In this document: piece after piece, positions 50,196 through 63,393 of the stretch
How positions within the stretch are numbered: position 1 is the stretch's first letter
Layout of the letters: the number at the start of each line of letters is the position of its first letter
Assembly: GCA_973895155.1 (NCBI GenBank)
Contig: OZ316898.1
Location: 3,162,480 to 3,226,479, forward strand
DNA: 64,000 bases
Source: Marsupella aquatica
Lineage: Eukaryota; Plantae; Marchantiophyta
Direction of reading: 5' to 3'
Notes under the pieces: generated by a model
What the model was told of the DNA's origin: nothing
Seen by the model: the letters and a program-made list of their open reading frames with translations, nothing else
Databases searched by the model: none
Translations under genes and position numbers: made by a program

Positions 50196-52883
50196 AAAAA
50201 ACTGATTGGATAGACTAGTAACTTTAAAGCTAGGAGATTAAGAACAGAAGAAGTCAACCCACCAAACATATATCATTTCAGAATCCACAGAAAATTATAA
50301 ATAGTTCTTGGAAAGTAGAAACCGACCACTAGCAAGCAGCTGGCTTGCAAACAAGACAACCCCATTTTTTGTATTTTTGTCATATATAATTAAAGTAAAC
50401 TCTCTTGAGAGGGTTTGGAGCGGAACATGGTTTTTCAGCATCTGTATATCATTTGCATAGTGGGTATTTTTTATGCTCTTATAATGGCAACACACTTTGG
50501 TTATCTTGTCTTATTAGAATTGCTTGTTACACAGTTTATTTAAATCTTGTCCATTCTATGTTTTTACTTCGTATTTTGTTTAATTTAGTAATTTCATTAG
50601 TTTTTATTATATATGTTTGAACTTCTATTAATTTTTGATAGACGACTATGACTGAGCAATGGATGTGCACAACCTTGGAATGGCCTTGCACAGGAGAAAC
50701 TGATTGCAGACTTTGGAATATATTTGCCTAGAGTTGTATGTGGAGACAACTGGAATTGATAAACCACGTTGTTATGGAATTTGACTTGCTGCACTTTGTC
50801 TATGATACCAGCCATGCTAATTTGGCACATTAAGTGTGTATCTTCAAATTTGTAGACATTGGGTTGTCTATCTGATGATGGAGATTAACTGAACTTAAGA
50901 TTTATGTATTCTATAGAGGGTCTGGCAGGAGTCGTGGGCACTGGTCAGGTTGTGTACCAGCTCCACTCCTGGGCACTGGGCAGCATGGCATGCTTCAATT
51001 CTGAGGGAGGGAGTCTTGGGCAGTCGAGCATAGCAGGCCTGACTTGACAACGGAGTACCCTGCCTCGCCCCTATTTGCATTCAAGGGTCTCCTTTTTGCA
51101 TCGAACAGTTAGGGAAAAAGTGCAAAAGAATCCAAAGGCTGCTGATCATTCCCGCCCAGAAACTGTTTTTGTAAGGGGATGACTAAATACTGTTTTTGTA
51201 AGGGGATGACTAAATTTGGCAGGATTGGATATTATAGTTGTAGATCATGTACTCGAGGATGTGGTTTGTGCACATGGCTCACATGAAGGCTTTGGGTCCT
51301 CCTGCTTTGTAACCTATGAAATGTTCACTAAAGAGTTGAAAAAATAAATTGAATCAACGAGCATGTTGTGCAAATTTCAAGAGAGCTTATCTGCTCCAAT
51401 TCAAACATGCTCACATGCCTCGACTATTCCTCGATGAATACCTTGTATCATGGGGTCTGCGATGGATCCACCTGCCTTCAAGTACTCAACATACTACCCT
51501 GGGAATTTGGTTGGACTCAATTCCCCTACCACTCACTACTTGAGTGTGTGCTTCTCGAGCTAACTCTCTTTGGATTTAGGCTTCTGAGGTTTTCTATTGC
51601 TCCCTCTCTACTGATCCACTTGCTTTCAACACTTCATAGACACATCTGCTTTGAGCACAGCTTTGCACGGTTTTAGATTGATGAAGGTACGGTTGACTAG
51701 CTAGTCTGCTTCACTCTAATGCCCCGAAATTGTGACAGTGCATCCGACTGTTTTGCACTGATCACCCCAGTCCTTTGATCCCCTCACACAAGGATCGGTT
51801 GTCCATCCAGCGGCTGGCGAAAAGTAATGGCAAAGTGTTGGACATGTTTGATTTTAGAAAAGCTTCGAGGGAATTGTGTCTATCTCATGACAAAACTGGA
51901 TTAAGTGTGTTGGAGAGCTGCGGTAAGAAGATCACCCACAAAACCTGATTGTTCTGGCAAGTATTGTGAGGAGGATTGAACTCAACCTGCACCACGTACA
52001 GTATTGACACTAGTCATGGTAAAGAAGCAACGATAGATTGCATCGAGAGTCAACATAGATTACTTAGATGTCATTGTCAAGTTCGCAGTCTCGAGTAATT
52101 TGGCAGGCATATCTTTGATATGGACTTTTGCTTCTATGCACTTATCGCATTGGAACATGAATCCGACAACAAATATTAGACACTTTGATTTAGGTCAACC
52201 TGCTCATCGACGAAAAGGCAAGGGTCCGACAGAATTCCGAGGGATTCCCCGATGCAAAACTTCGAGACCCATTACAACTTTAATGGGGACTGGTCGGGGT
52301 TCGAAGGTAGATGTTTGATGTGGACTACCGGCTCGAAATTGGTGGAGCACTTGCTCATGCATATATTCATAATTGACCAACACGTTCAACACAAAGAACA
52401 GTATTTCATGAAAATCCCAGTTGAAACAGTTCACGGTAGGAAAGTAGTTTTCATTAGAGACTCTTTACAGAGTAAAGGGTAAAACCACGGCCACAATAAA
52501 ATACCAATCAAAGACCAAATCTATTGGTAGAATGCGGTCTTGCTGTAAGCGTTCTAAATCGCGTTCAGGAAAAATACCACGGGTCCGGAGTGGTCTGAGC
52601 ATCAACTTTGGATCCGCTCTGTTTACAGAACGCAGTTCCTAATTTGCATTGTGCAGTTTGATCCTCTCGACCTACTCCCAATCCTACAGTGTACATTATT
52701 GTGCTGCGTATGAACTTGAACTGAAGCCTCCCACGCAGATGGACAGCGGGACGGTACCTCGTATCAAGCGAGGGAATCACTGGTAAAGCAGATGATATGC
52801 GTTGTGTGTTGAATGTGTGCTTAGTGCCAATGTGTTGTCCTCCAGATGCTTGGATACTTGTGAATTGATCCCACCAATCCTCT

Positions 52884-53642
52884 CTATGTCGAGCTCCCAA
52901 CATGGTTTTCTTCTCCAGACGAGTGATCATGCGTGCTCTTGCCGGAAAAACTACTAGATTCCTCATCTGGGTGACTGGATTGAAGGGCTTCGACTGTTGG
53001 AGCCGGTTGAGCGACGATGGGTCTGTGATCTGCAGGCCTGGGCGTGCTGGGTAAAGCCGTGACAGCAGCTACAGCAGCGTTAGCAATGTCGTCTATGTCC
53101 TCTCGGGACAATGAGAAGAGTCCAGATTTTGTTTGAGATTGTGAGGCGATGATGTACGACTCCTCTGCCGACAAATCGAAGGTCGACATGGCGAACGGCA
53201 GATGGGACGAGGACTCTTCAGGGAAATTGGGGCTAGCATGATCATCGAGGTCGTCCTGGTAAGTGAGGACCAGCGCATCGTCTTGAGTCCACCAAGGCCG
53301 AATGCCTGATTTTTTGTGGGGCTCTTCGATCTCGGAGACATAATTGTGTTCCCATTCTTGCGTCGTCACACCCGAGTCTTCCTCCTCCTCATCATCAAAA
53401 ATCCTCCTCCTCGCCGTTGCTGGCGGCGTCTTAGGGGCCAACAACAGCGACTCCTCACTCCGGGAGCTTGGCGACCTGCCTCTCTTTCTGCTGACCACTA
53501 TAAACAGGCCTCGCTGTTGGGATTCGAGCGACATTGCTCGTGTTCGGGCCAGTATGAACCTCTTCCTTCTTCCGATCGATGGATCGAAAAATCGGGGAGA
53601 TGACGAGTACCAGATCAATCGAATGCTGACTGTCACGCCCAC
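52884..53642 (-). CDS. Hypothetical low-complexity ORF (basic NLS-like and acidic stretches), possibly TE-derived
   Basis: 252-codon ORF with RKRGRSPS, RRRIFDDEEEED and an Ala/Pro-rich tail. No family recognised. Confidence 0.25.
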   Translation of the reverse strand: MGVTVSIRLIWYSSSPRFFDPSIGRRKRFILARTRAMSLESQQRGLFIVVSRKRGRSPSSRSEESLLLAPKTPPATARRRIFDDEEEEDSGVTTQEWEHNYVSEIEEPHKKSGIRPWWTQDDALVLTYQDDLDDHASPNFPEESSSHLPFAMSTFDLSAEESYIIASQSQTKSGLFSLSREDIDDIANAAVAAVTALPSTPRPADHRPIVAQPAPTVEALQSSHPDEESSSFSGKSTHDHSSGEENHVGSST

Positions 53643-55440
53643 TACTCTGGCAAGCCGATCGTTGACGGAAGTCGATGGGTGTACACAAGAAGGTAATTCA
53701 GTTGCTCACAGCCCTAGAACTTTGCGAAAACAGAGATGAACGAACGAATTACTAGTTTCGAACAATCCCTCGCGCGTGAATGCGGGTCACGTACAGGAAA
53801 TACACGAAATCTGCGGGTGAGAGTCTTCAACGCTAAACAAGAGAATCGCCTGTTCTGTTTGCTCGTTCTAATATTCTGCTAGCTCGTTCTACTACAGTTG
53901 TTTTTACAGCTAGATATGCGCTTGATCGGGAACAACAATAACGGGTAGAGCTGAACCGAAGCGGCACGATGGCAAGTCTTGTCGGACTCGAATGTATAGA
54001 GAATCGAGATGGAAAGCGCTCGAGAGAGACTTGATGGTGAATTCAACCTTAGGCTCCAATTGTCTAGGGGAAGGAAGAAGAAGGGCTAAAGAGGGACCCC
54101 TAGCAAATACACAGTAATCCAACTGCAGTCAAAATGATTGAAATCTACCGACATTGAACTACTTCCAAGGACCAACTGGTTCTAAATTGTCACAGGCAGG
54201 ATTCTTTTCACCAACAACATTGAACAACGACTTGAACCCTATCGAACCAAACCAACGAGGGATAGTTGTCACTTTTGCAGGATTCTTCCACCGACATTGA
54301 ACAACCCGTAAACCAAACCCAAAACAAGCCACCGAGAAACAATTCTCAATACATCTCAGGAATGAGATGATGGGTGACACTCAAGGAGCCGGAGGAGTTG
54401 ACTAAGGTCGAGAGATTGATTCGAGCTCCGAGGGAATACGTGGAAGTGAGGGAATGGATGCGACCCAAGAATGGGTTTGCTGGTTTTGTGCAGGGGCAGG
54501 CTGTGCGCACGGGGGAATCCGAAATGCAGCCTTGAACCTCACTGAAATTGGTCAAAAGATTCCTGTGAGACTAGGACCCAAACAAGGTCCTAAGACAGAC
54601 TGTTTGTCATCAATTACACAAGGTTGCTCGCTCGCCGGGCCCACAGATGACTAATCTACCAGAGGGCAGCCGCCTGGAAGTGCAGTCGTCATCGAGGCAG
54701 GGCCTAGTAACAGCAAGTTGATAATTAATTGTGTCTTCCTCATCCTCGCCTCCTCTCTGAAACCACAAATGTTTGATTAGTTCCGCTATGCTACTGCAGT
54801 TCTTCGTCTTCTTCTTTCTCTAATCCAACTCTTCAATGACATCAATAGCGTCAACTCCAAATCTACTTCGTCTCGTGAACGCAGGATCTGGATGTGCAAT
54901 TATGAATCATCCGATCCGGGATTGAAGGAGCAGTAAGGCGGCGTGTCCCTTGAGGTGGGACATTGAATCCATTTTGGAATCGTCTGTTAGCAGCCACTAG
55001 ATTTTGAAAGTCTCCAAGACTTTCTTTTGACGTAATGCATAATTGTGCCGGACTGTATGACTGTCTTCAATAGTTCAATCTCCAGTACAGGCACTCAGGC
55101 AGTCTACCGTACTCTGGTCTAGTGATTGCAAGACACGGTACGGTACTCTACTAGGGAGCACGGGGATGGTCGGTGGATATGGATGGCGTGAACGATGTGA
55201 AGGAGCTTTAGATTAAACTATGGAGCAGCCAGGAGAGGGCAGATGAGATGAGTTACTTACAGTTAATCAAGGGATCTGAAAACGCAGTGATGGATTCCAG
55301 CTTTCGGAAATGAGGATTCAAGGTAGGCGGTCAAGACTCAAAACGTCATCATGACAAGTGAACTTTCTCTTCGATGAAAAGGAGTCAAACGACACTGGAA
55401 GACTTGTTGAACGATTTTGCTGCCAGCGACTAATGAATAG

Positions 55441-55845
55441 AAGTGTAGCTAAATCTATAGAGTACTAAGGGCCCATATATTACACAATTTGAGAGCAAAA
55501 GGTTACTTTTATTAGAGTTACAAGAATGTACTCTATCTTCTAGTAAGAGTGTACCTAAATCTATAGAGTACTAAGGGCCCATATATCACAGAATTTGATA
55601 GCAAAAGGTTACTTTTATTCGAGTTACAAGAATGTACACTATCTTCTAGTAAGAGTATAGCTAAATCTATGCAGTACTTAGGGCCCATATATCACACAAT
55701 TTGAGAGCCAAAGGTTACTGTCATTCTAGTTATAAGAATGTACACTATCTTCTAGTAAGCGTGTAGCTAAACCTATGGAGTACTAAGGGCCCATATATCA
55801 CATAAGTAGAGAGCCAAAGGTTACTTTCATTCGAATCATAAGAAG
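55441..55845. repeat. 106-bp tandem repeat, ~3.8 copies
   Basis: CTAAAYCTAT..AGTACTWAGGGCCCATATAT starts at 55449, 55555, 55661 and 55767. Confidence 0.92.
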
Positions 55846-57160
55846 GGACAAAATGAAACTCAGAAACGTATGTTGAGTTAAGCCCCCAAAGGCTCACCAC
55901 ATATAAGTACTCCCCTTAAAGCTCAGGTTGGGTTTACTAAGTACTCTCCACTCTGAGGCACTCCACAGATTGCTGAACGTAGACTAAAACATCGAGATGA
56001 AACAAAACAAAATTCTTCACTAGCTCAACCAAAACAAAATTGCAATCCCAACATAGACCTGAAATTTCAAAATCAACTAGAACAAAATTGAAATGAATCA
56101 AAATCAAAATGAATCCCTAGGCTGGGAATTCAAGTTGTCAACCAGAATACACAATCATCAATTCACCAGTCCTGTCCCGAAACTAAACTTGAGTCAATTC
56201 AATGGAGCTCCTAACTCTGAAAGCCATGGGAGCATATACAATGTCTGTGGCTTCTTACAAAGTTGAACACGAAGTATATTGGAGCTCACCAAGTAAAACA
56301 CAAAAGTAGGGGTACTCATAGGAACAGGGGGCATATGGAAATCCATCCACAAATGGACCGTTTGAATAGCTTAACGTCCTGGTCAGAGGACAGCGAGATA
56401 TCATGCCCCCAAAATGAGGCTTCGCCCAAGTTTAATTGAGGGGATTTTGTGGCCCACAATGCCCAGAACCAGAACATGAACTTATGTAAAAACTTGATAT
56501 GGTTTTGAAAGAGACAAAACAAACAAAGTCCCTGAAATTCAGGTCCCACAATATTGCGGTCAGAAAGAAGAAGACTAAGTCAAAATGCCAAGATTTCAGG
56601 CCATGCAAAGATTGTCAAATTTGAGTTTTTTGTTATAGACTTTGAGTAACATATGCCTTGATTGATGGGCCTTTGCATTATGTCCTCCTCAAAGCAAGGT
56701 GTGTATTAAATAGAAAATAAATACCCTGAAGCTATCAGATACTTTCAAAAATATTGAAACAATTATTATAAAAAATAAATGAAAAAAAAACATATCATTA
56801 AAGTGAAAAGATGTACAGTACTTGCTTGGTGAAAGACAACTTACTACATTAACTTGAATGTACAAGTCAGCACTTCACCTTGTAGGAACAATATGTTGTG
56901 ATTTAAGTTAACTTTGTATCTTTATAGTTTTAGGCGCTATTTTGAGGAGCTCTCTCTTTAGGTGACACATACTGACCTATAAACCATAAGCATTGGAATT
57001 TTTCTAAACAATAGACATATAAGTTACAGTGCATCGTTGGATTGTGTCCTAGTTGCCTGGTTGAGTTTGGAGAGTTGGACCTTATCAAAGAATTCTCATG
57101 AAAAGAAGGAGTAATACCTATATCATAAATAAACTATAAATTAAGAATAGAGGAATAAGA

Positions 57161-57568
57161 TATTAAGGTGTCCTACTAGTGCTAGCATTCAAACCATTCT
57201 ACCCAACATTAGGTGCGGAGATAAAAGTACTGGGTTACAGTGAAGAATGTTGTGGACAATTGCTGTTACTGTTGCCTCATGCCCACGGTCCAATCCTCCT
57301 CCCATCAATGTACCTAGTTTAGAGATGTTTGTTTATCTAGATTGTCTTGGAACATATGAACTGTATTAAGGTGTCCTACTAGTGCTAGCATTCAAACCAT
57401 TCTACCCAACATTAGGTGCGGAGATAAAAGTACTGGGTTACAGTGAAGAATGTTGTGGACAACTGCTGTTACTGTTGCCTCATGCCCACGGTCCAATCCT
57501 CCTCCCATCAATGTACCTAGTTTAGAGATGTTTCTTTATCTAGATTGTCTTGGAACATATGAACTGTC
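57161..57568. repeat. 204-bp near-perfect tandem duplication
   Basis: TATTAAGGTGTCCTACTAGTGCTAGC...GGAACATATGAACTG starts at 57161 and 57365, with ~2 mismatches. Confidence 0.92.
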
Positions 57569-60192
57569 AGTAACTTTCAGGTCCAATGGTGGGATTCACT
57601 TCTATACAAATATACTAGGTTTTTGCAACTTGAGATATCAAACAGGAATCATTTGGTAGACAAAGAAATGGCAATATAAGAAAAACAAATAGAGAAAAAA
57701 AGGCAAAAACCTAGGGGGCCTCACTCCAAGAGGGTACTATACTCATTGGCGCATGATGTGTCAAAAACGAAGAAGTGAGGACCCAAGGGTAAAACAATAG
57801 GCTAGCCTGCACAAACATATTTTACTTGAACATAGGAATGATCTTAGTAACAAACAACTTTATTAATCTCTCTGATGCTTTAGCAGCCTTAGTAACAGGA
57901 TATAACTCACCTGAACAAAGTAATCAAATCCCAAATCTCTTCATACTATCATAGCGCAGTAGTTGCCAAGTCATCAATCCCCAAAAATCTCTTCATACAT
58001 AGTGCAGTACAGTAGATGTCAAATTATCAATTATTACAATTTTATTAGTTTAGGTGAAACATTTTCATGGCCATAAGTAAGCAGCATGATCATGCTACTA
58101 CTCTCTTGGGGATGCGTTCTCTTCAGAATTTTTTTAGCTACAAGTAAGGGCCTTGCTCTGGTAAAATTTTGCAAAATCTACATTGGATTGCATGGTTAGG
58201 TGATCATAGAACAGCTGGTCAAGTTTCAAAATACAAAATTTCTTGCTCGTTTATGAAAATGCTCAAAGCAGCATATAATAGCTACTGTACTTGGTTTTAC
58301 ATGTCACCTCACGACTCGAGGATCCTAATCTTGTGCAACAACAGTAACAGAAGGCAAGATACATCCTGGTTCCCTTCACTTTTGTCTTCTGTGAAATGTC
58401 AGTTAGTCCAGCAGTAATCTAGTGTTCAACTATACTTTTCGAGCATCACAGATTACAAGACTGGGACAAATCTATCACACTGCCAAAAATACAGAAGCAC
58501 CAAACCGAGAGACATCGTCCCACAGGCAAAAAAGGCCCAATTATATAAGGGGAGGAGAAAAAATGAAGAGGTTGGGACCAACATAACTGATCCAACCAAG
58601 GTGCCAAGCCATATAAAGCATCTCCGGGTCATCGGACTAGTAAAAAACTGTCCTTACTACAAGTATAGAAGTATCTCCTACTAAGCAAGCTATCTCATAT
58701 TATACTAATTATATTTAAATTACTTGGAACATGATCTTATACCAAGAATGCGAGAATTGTCCTCGAAGGATGGAGGAAGCGCAGACAAACCGCCGTTAGG
58801 TTTCTGCTTGATGTAGCTGAAAGCAAATTTGCCATCATTCGTGACTTCTGCAATGCTGGGTATATAGAGCTCGTTGGTTTGGCCTGCGTGCCGTTGTGTT
58901 TTCTAAATTCCCTTGACCCAAAGCTTTCGATCGATCCTGCAGTCTGATTGTATTCCCGCGGCAATTCTTCAGATTTCCAAAGTATGAGTGATAGCACCAA
59001 TGCTGGCAATCAAAATCTTGGACGCAAAGACAAAGGGGGAGAAAGGAGATGTACAGAACAGAAATTAAAGGGGACAGGATCCAGAGGTATAAATTTTCTG
59101 AAATCGAGGGTCACAAAAAATGTACTTCAATTCAAATGGTTGGGGTTGAATCCAGCCAATTCTGCTCGTAAGCAGACCATGGCCAAGAAAGGGTAGGATC
59201 CTTATTATAGTGTGTGTGATGTTATGTGATATATTGAGAATGATCACAACATATAAAAGCAATACATTTAGTACGAAATATAAAAGCAATCTATTGAGAT
59301 TACAAACTGAATTCTGCGGAGGTAGTTCTTCGCCGGTTGTTGCAATATTGATATAGGTCGGCAAAATTTATTGATAGAAGTGCGAAACTTTGCTCGTTGA
59401 AATTTTGGAAATTCATTTACTTGGGCCGGGATCAGACGAAAGGGATTGAACTCTTGACCATCTCGACTCGATAATCTAGATTGACTTCAAACGCCAGTTG
59501 CAAATGTCAAGTCCCGAATGGAATTGAAGTTCCCTCTCGTCCCACAAGCACCGGATGGGACTTCCCAATTGTGAGGGGCAACGACTGTATCATCGAAAAT
59601 AGGCACAACCAAGACAAACTGTGACATAGTTTAGGTCGGTTAGATATCAGGCAAAATGATTGTGTTTACAAAATGTGTACGTAGTCATTTGCTCGATGAT
59701 TGTGCAGTCCCTTCCGTAAATCAAGCTTACGGATAGCGACTGGAAATTTTTACTTGTCTGATTGAATACTAGCTAGCCCAGTGGGGAAGCTCGAAGTGTA
59801 CGCATGATAATTATGGAGGTGTGGTCACACTCCCTATCCCCACTGGATCGCCTTCACGGTACAGTACGGTCCGACTCTGAGTTGTGGGTGCCTATACCTA
59901 CGGGAGTCCTACGTGTGAAACAGTTAATTGACGACTACTTCCGATGAATTTTGTAAGATCCAATCAAATCAAAGTCACGATAGCTATCTTGTTCACATGG
60001 AGTATATCTTGTTCATTACGCTCCGAGTTTAATTTGAGTTGCGGGTGCATGGACATACGAATTGACTAGTTGCAAGATGATGTTACTCCAAATATCGCAA
60101 TGACAACGGGACACATCAAGTCAGAGTACCTCAGTACAATCTCCACTCATACGAAAGCCATCCCCGAATCGAGGTCATGAAGTACTGTTATA

Positions 60193-61816
60193 ATGAGCAA
60201 CGATTTGGAAAGAACTTTCTCGAGCATGATCAACGTACATCCTGAATGCGACTTGTTCAGAAGTGTCGGGGGAATCATTGTAATTCCCACGAAGCCACAA
60301 CCATGGCTTGATAATTATATCAGTGGGCAGGTGCTTTTGACATGTTTCTCAGTCTTCTGTTTGTGGTTGTTCATTTATTCGTTGGGTTGTTGCCCAGACT
60401 TCGATGAACGGATAAAACCGTCTGATTGATGTTGGAGCAGATATATATATGACCAGGTTTAAGGAATTTGACTGAGGGTAGAGCATACATTCACTAGTCT
60501 GTCCGCGTTGCAGAAGCTTAAGGAACTCCAAGGGTGCACAGAGTCTCCAAGCGATGGGGAATTTAGTCTCTGTGATCTGCACTCCTGTCAGACACCTGGT
60601 CGATACTGAAACTAGTGCAACTCTAGTGACTGAGACAGAGTTAATTGGCTTCTATTGTTGTCAATCATTATTCCAGTTTGCAGCTGCTTGTAATTTTTGT
60701 GAAAGAATATGAAGCCAGATCCCGTTTACAAATAGCCTAATATTGGATCAGCTTTAGTGCAAGTCGATGCTAGCTAGTGCTTGAATTTCAGGTTTCGTTG
60801 ATGTCAAATTGAAGCGCAGGTAAGGCACATGTAACCCGGCATGTAACTGATCCTTGTACTTCAAACTTCAGCTGTTGCAGGTTGGCCGACTAGTAAGAGT
60901 TCGGGATGTGGAAGCCCTGGAGCGACTTCAATTCTTGACTTCTCAAAATAGGGAGCTAAATGAGCAGAACGAGACCCTGACGCAAGATCGGCTTCTTCTG
61001 TTACAATCAAATGGAAGTCTCGAAATCAGGCTGAAAAGGATTCAGCAGGAGCTGTGTTTGGAGCTGGAAGGAAGAGGCTCATATGCGGACGGTTCTGCAA
61101 CCCCGTATCTTCTCCAGTCCACTTTAGAGACCGTCCATGTGAAAGTTTCTGGTTTGGCAAAGGTGTTCGTCGATCTCATGAAAAGCTATGGTCTCGACCA
61201 TGAGTTGGCCTTGGTGACACATTACAAGGGAATCTACCTGACTAGGCGCGCTCACGTGAACTTCATGCTCAAAGCTTGGATCTACTCTGTGCTCTTCGCA
61301 AACTTCGAGAATGAGAGCTTTCTATCTGGAGGACCTAGACAGTTCCTCAACAGTAATGATCGAAAGTTGGAGTCGTTCGATTACTTCCACAGGATTTTGA
61401 GCAACGCTGATTCCACCGCGGATTACTTCGCGTCAGATTGCGCTTTCCGGACATTTTGCCACAAAAAGTTCCTGTGCTTTTTCGCATTGTGGCAATCTTT
61501 CAGACTTCATATTACTGATGACCTCTCCATGGCGAGCGTCGAGGCCTTAGAACCAAGAACTCGGAAGCTCATCCAAGGGTTTATGTCAGTGGCGCAGATT
61601 GTGTGGGCCATCCATAAACTCTCTCTTTCCTTCGAGCCATGCGCAGGCATTTTTAGAGTTAAACGAGGGTCCGAATTCAAAGAAGACTACATGAGCAGCG
61701 TGGTATCGAAAGACGAAGATCCAAAGTTTGTTTCTGAAGTTGGATTTATGATATCCCCGGGTTTTTGCATCAGGAAGTCGGTTGTGAAGTGTCAGATATA
61801 TCTTGCAGGCTGCTGA
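60193..61816 (+). CDS. GIL1/IRK-interacting-protein-like coiled-coil protein; probable exons 60193-60330 and 60881-61816
   Basis: Coiled coil, then LFANFENESF, FRTFCHKKF, VWAIHKLSLSFEP..GIFRVKRGSEFKEDYMSSVV and VGFMISPGF.IRKSVVKCQIYL, typical of the GIL1/IRKI C-terminal domain. The first exon is tentative. Confidence 0.8.
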
Positions 61817-63393
61817 GTTACTGTCGCTTAGAGCAGTTAGCATCCTGATGGTGTTATAGTCCCGTAGAGACCCATCATAGGTACACCTCTGGCAAGAGCC
61901 ACATTTCTTTTCTGTCTAATTGCTAATTTCTTACGGAGTAAAGTAAGTGGCTCCAGACATTTTTCAAGAAATGTTCACCGGCCGTTGTCAAGATCTACAA
62001 TATAATTATGATTTTAATGTACAGTCATACATACGTCAGTCTTGTGCATGAGAGTCCGATACAGGGATAATGTGCGTTTTTTGAGTAGAATGGTGCTGAG
62101 GGAAGGTTGTCGGGTCTAGTTCATTGTCAAATCTTTTGTTGCATACGATAAGTCAAGATGCAATAACTCGCCATTTCTCACATAGTTAGGAGATTAGTCA
62201 AACGGCTGACCTGGGAATGTGTTTTTAGACAAGAACACATGCTCGAAAGAAATTCGAAATTGAGACTCCGGTGACAAGGAATCCTAAATAATATCAGAAT
62301 AAGTCTCACAATTAAGTACGGTGTCCATTTTCCAAGTTGAAGCCCAAGCACAACACCTTAATTTTGTCCACGCTGCTACAATACAATACAATCCCGAAAG
62401 CTAGTTAGGTTGATTCTATTCAAGAAGTTCCAGAAGTAAATCATGAAAGTGCGAAGATGATCAATCTACAGTTTCCAAGGATTGTGCTCGCATACCCTAA
62501 ACTCCTGCCGTGTCATGAAGTTGTTTTTCCAATGATTGAATTCCACAACACTTTATCGTTACTAGCGGGGGTCACAAATTTTTTTTAGCGGGGGTCACCA
62601 AAAATATTTCATTTTGTCTTTCAGAGTGTCTGACGTGGTAGTTTATGTGGGAAAGTCTATTTTGGATTGCCAGCTTTAAGCTTCTATGCATATGGATGTT
62701 TCTATATAGTAGACGTGGAACTCGCTAGTCACGAGAGAGCATATGCTGCTCAATCAGCTGCTGTCACATCGTCCATGGAGCTCAAGTTAATCACAAGGTT
62801 TCAAGTGAACTCAAATGCTATTGAAGCAGAAGTAGATTGCACTCAATCATTCGGATCGAGACGCTATCATCCGTGGAGAAAATCTTTCAACTTATTAATC
62901 TGGTAGTATCTACTGAACACTGCATGAACATGTCTTTCATGATATATATACAGAAGCTTGTCTCAAAGGTGCTTCGAAAACATAGTATAGGAAGCTTGTT
63001 GCAAGTTGGTCTAGCTAACCCAGCAAACCCGGCACAACTGTTCGAAGTCTATAACATTCAAGTTGAAGAAAAGTGCAGATTAAGCCAATTTATAGAGCAA
63101 AAATTAGGCCAAGTTAAGCTTTTTTACAACGAGGAAAATCTTAGACCGAACCACAAAAGCGCAAGTGCCAGTACAGGATGTAGCAGGGTGGAGGGATTGC
63201 TTATGTTAATGTGCGGTCCTAATTAGCGCTATCTGACTTATCATATATTGCTAGACCAGTTGTAACATTCCGAACTTCTCAAATTGCCGATTCGAACGTT
63301 AACAGAAGACAGTGCTCAAACATCTTCACTAATGCTAAGTTCTCCCTCTGAGATCCTTCTGGGAGAGACAATCGACAAGATTGTATTTTGAAT

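Noticed and set aside
43754-57568. 65-, 97-, 106- and 204-bp repeats as CRISPR arrays or LTRs
   Set aside because: They are head-to-tail units with no unique spacers, TG..CA ends, PBS/PPT or internal retroelement ORFs.
60792-60819. 28-nt AG..GT-bounded micro-exon in the GIL1-like gene
   Set aside because: No reading frame joins it to the main exon without a stop, so it was left out of the model.
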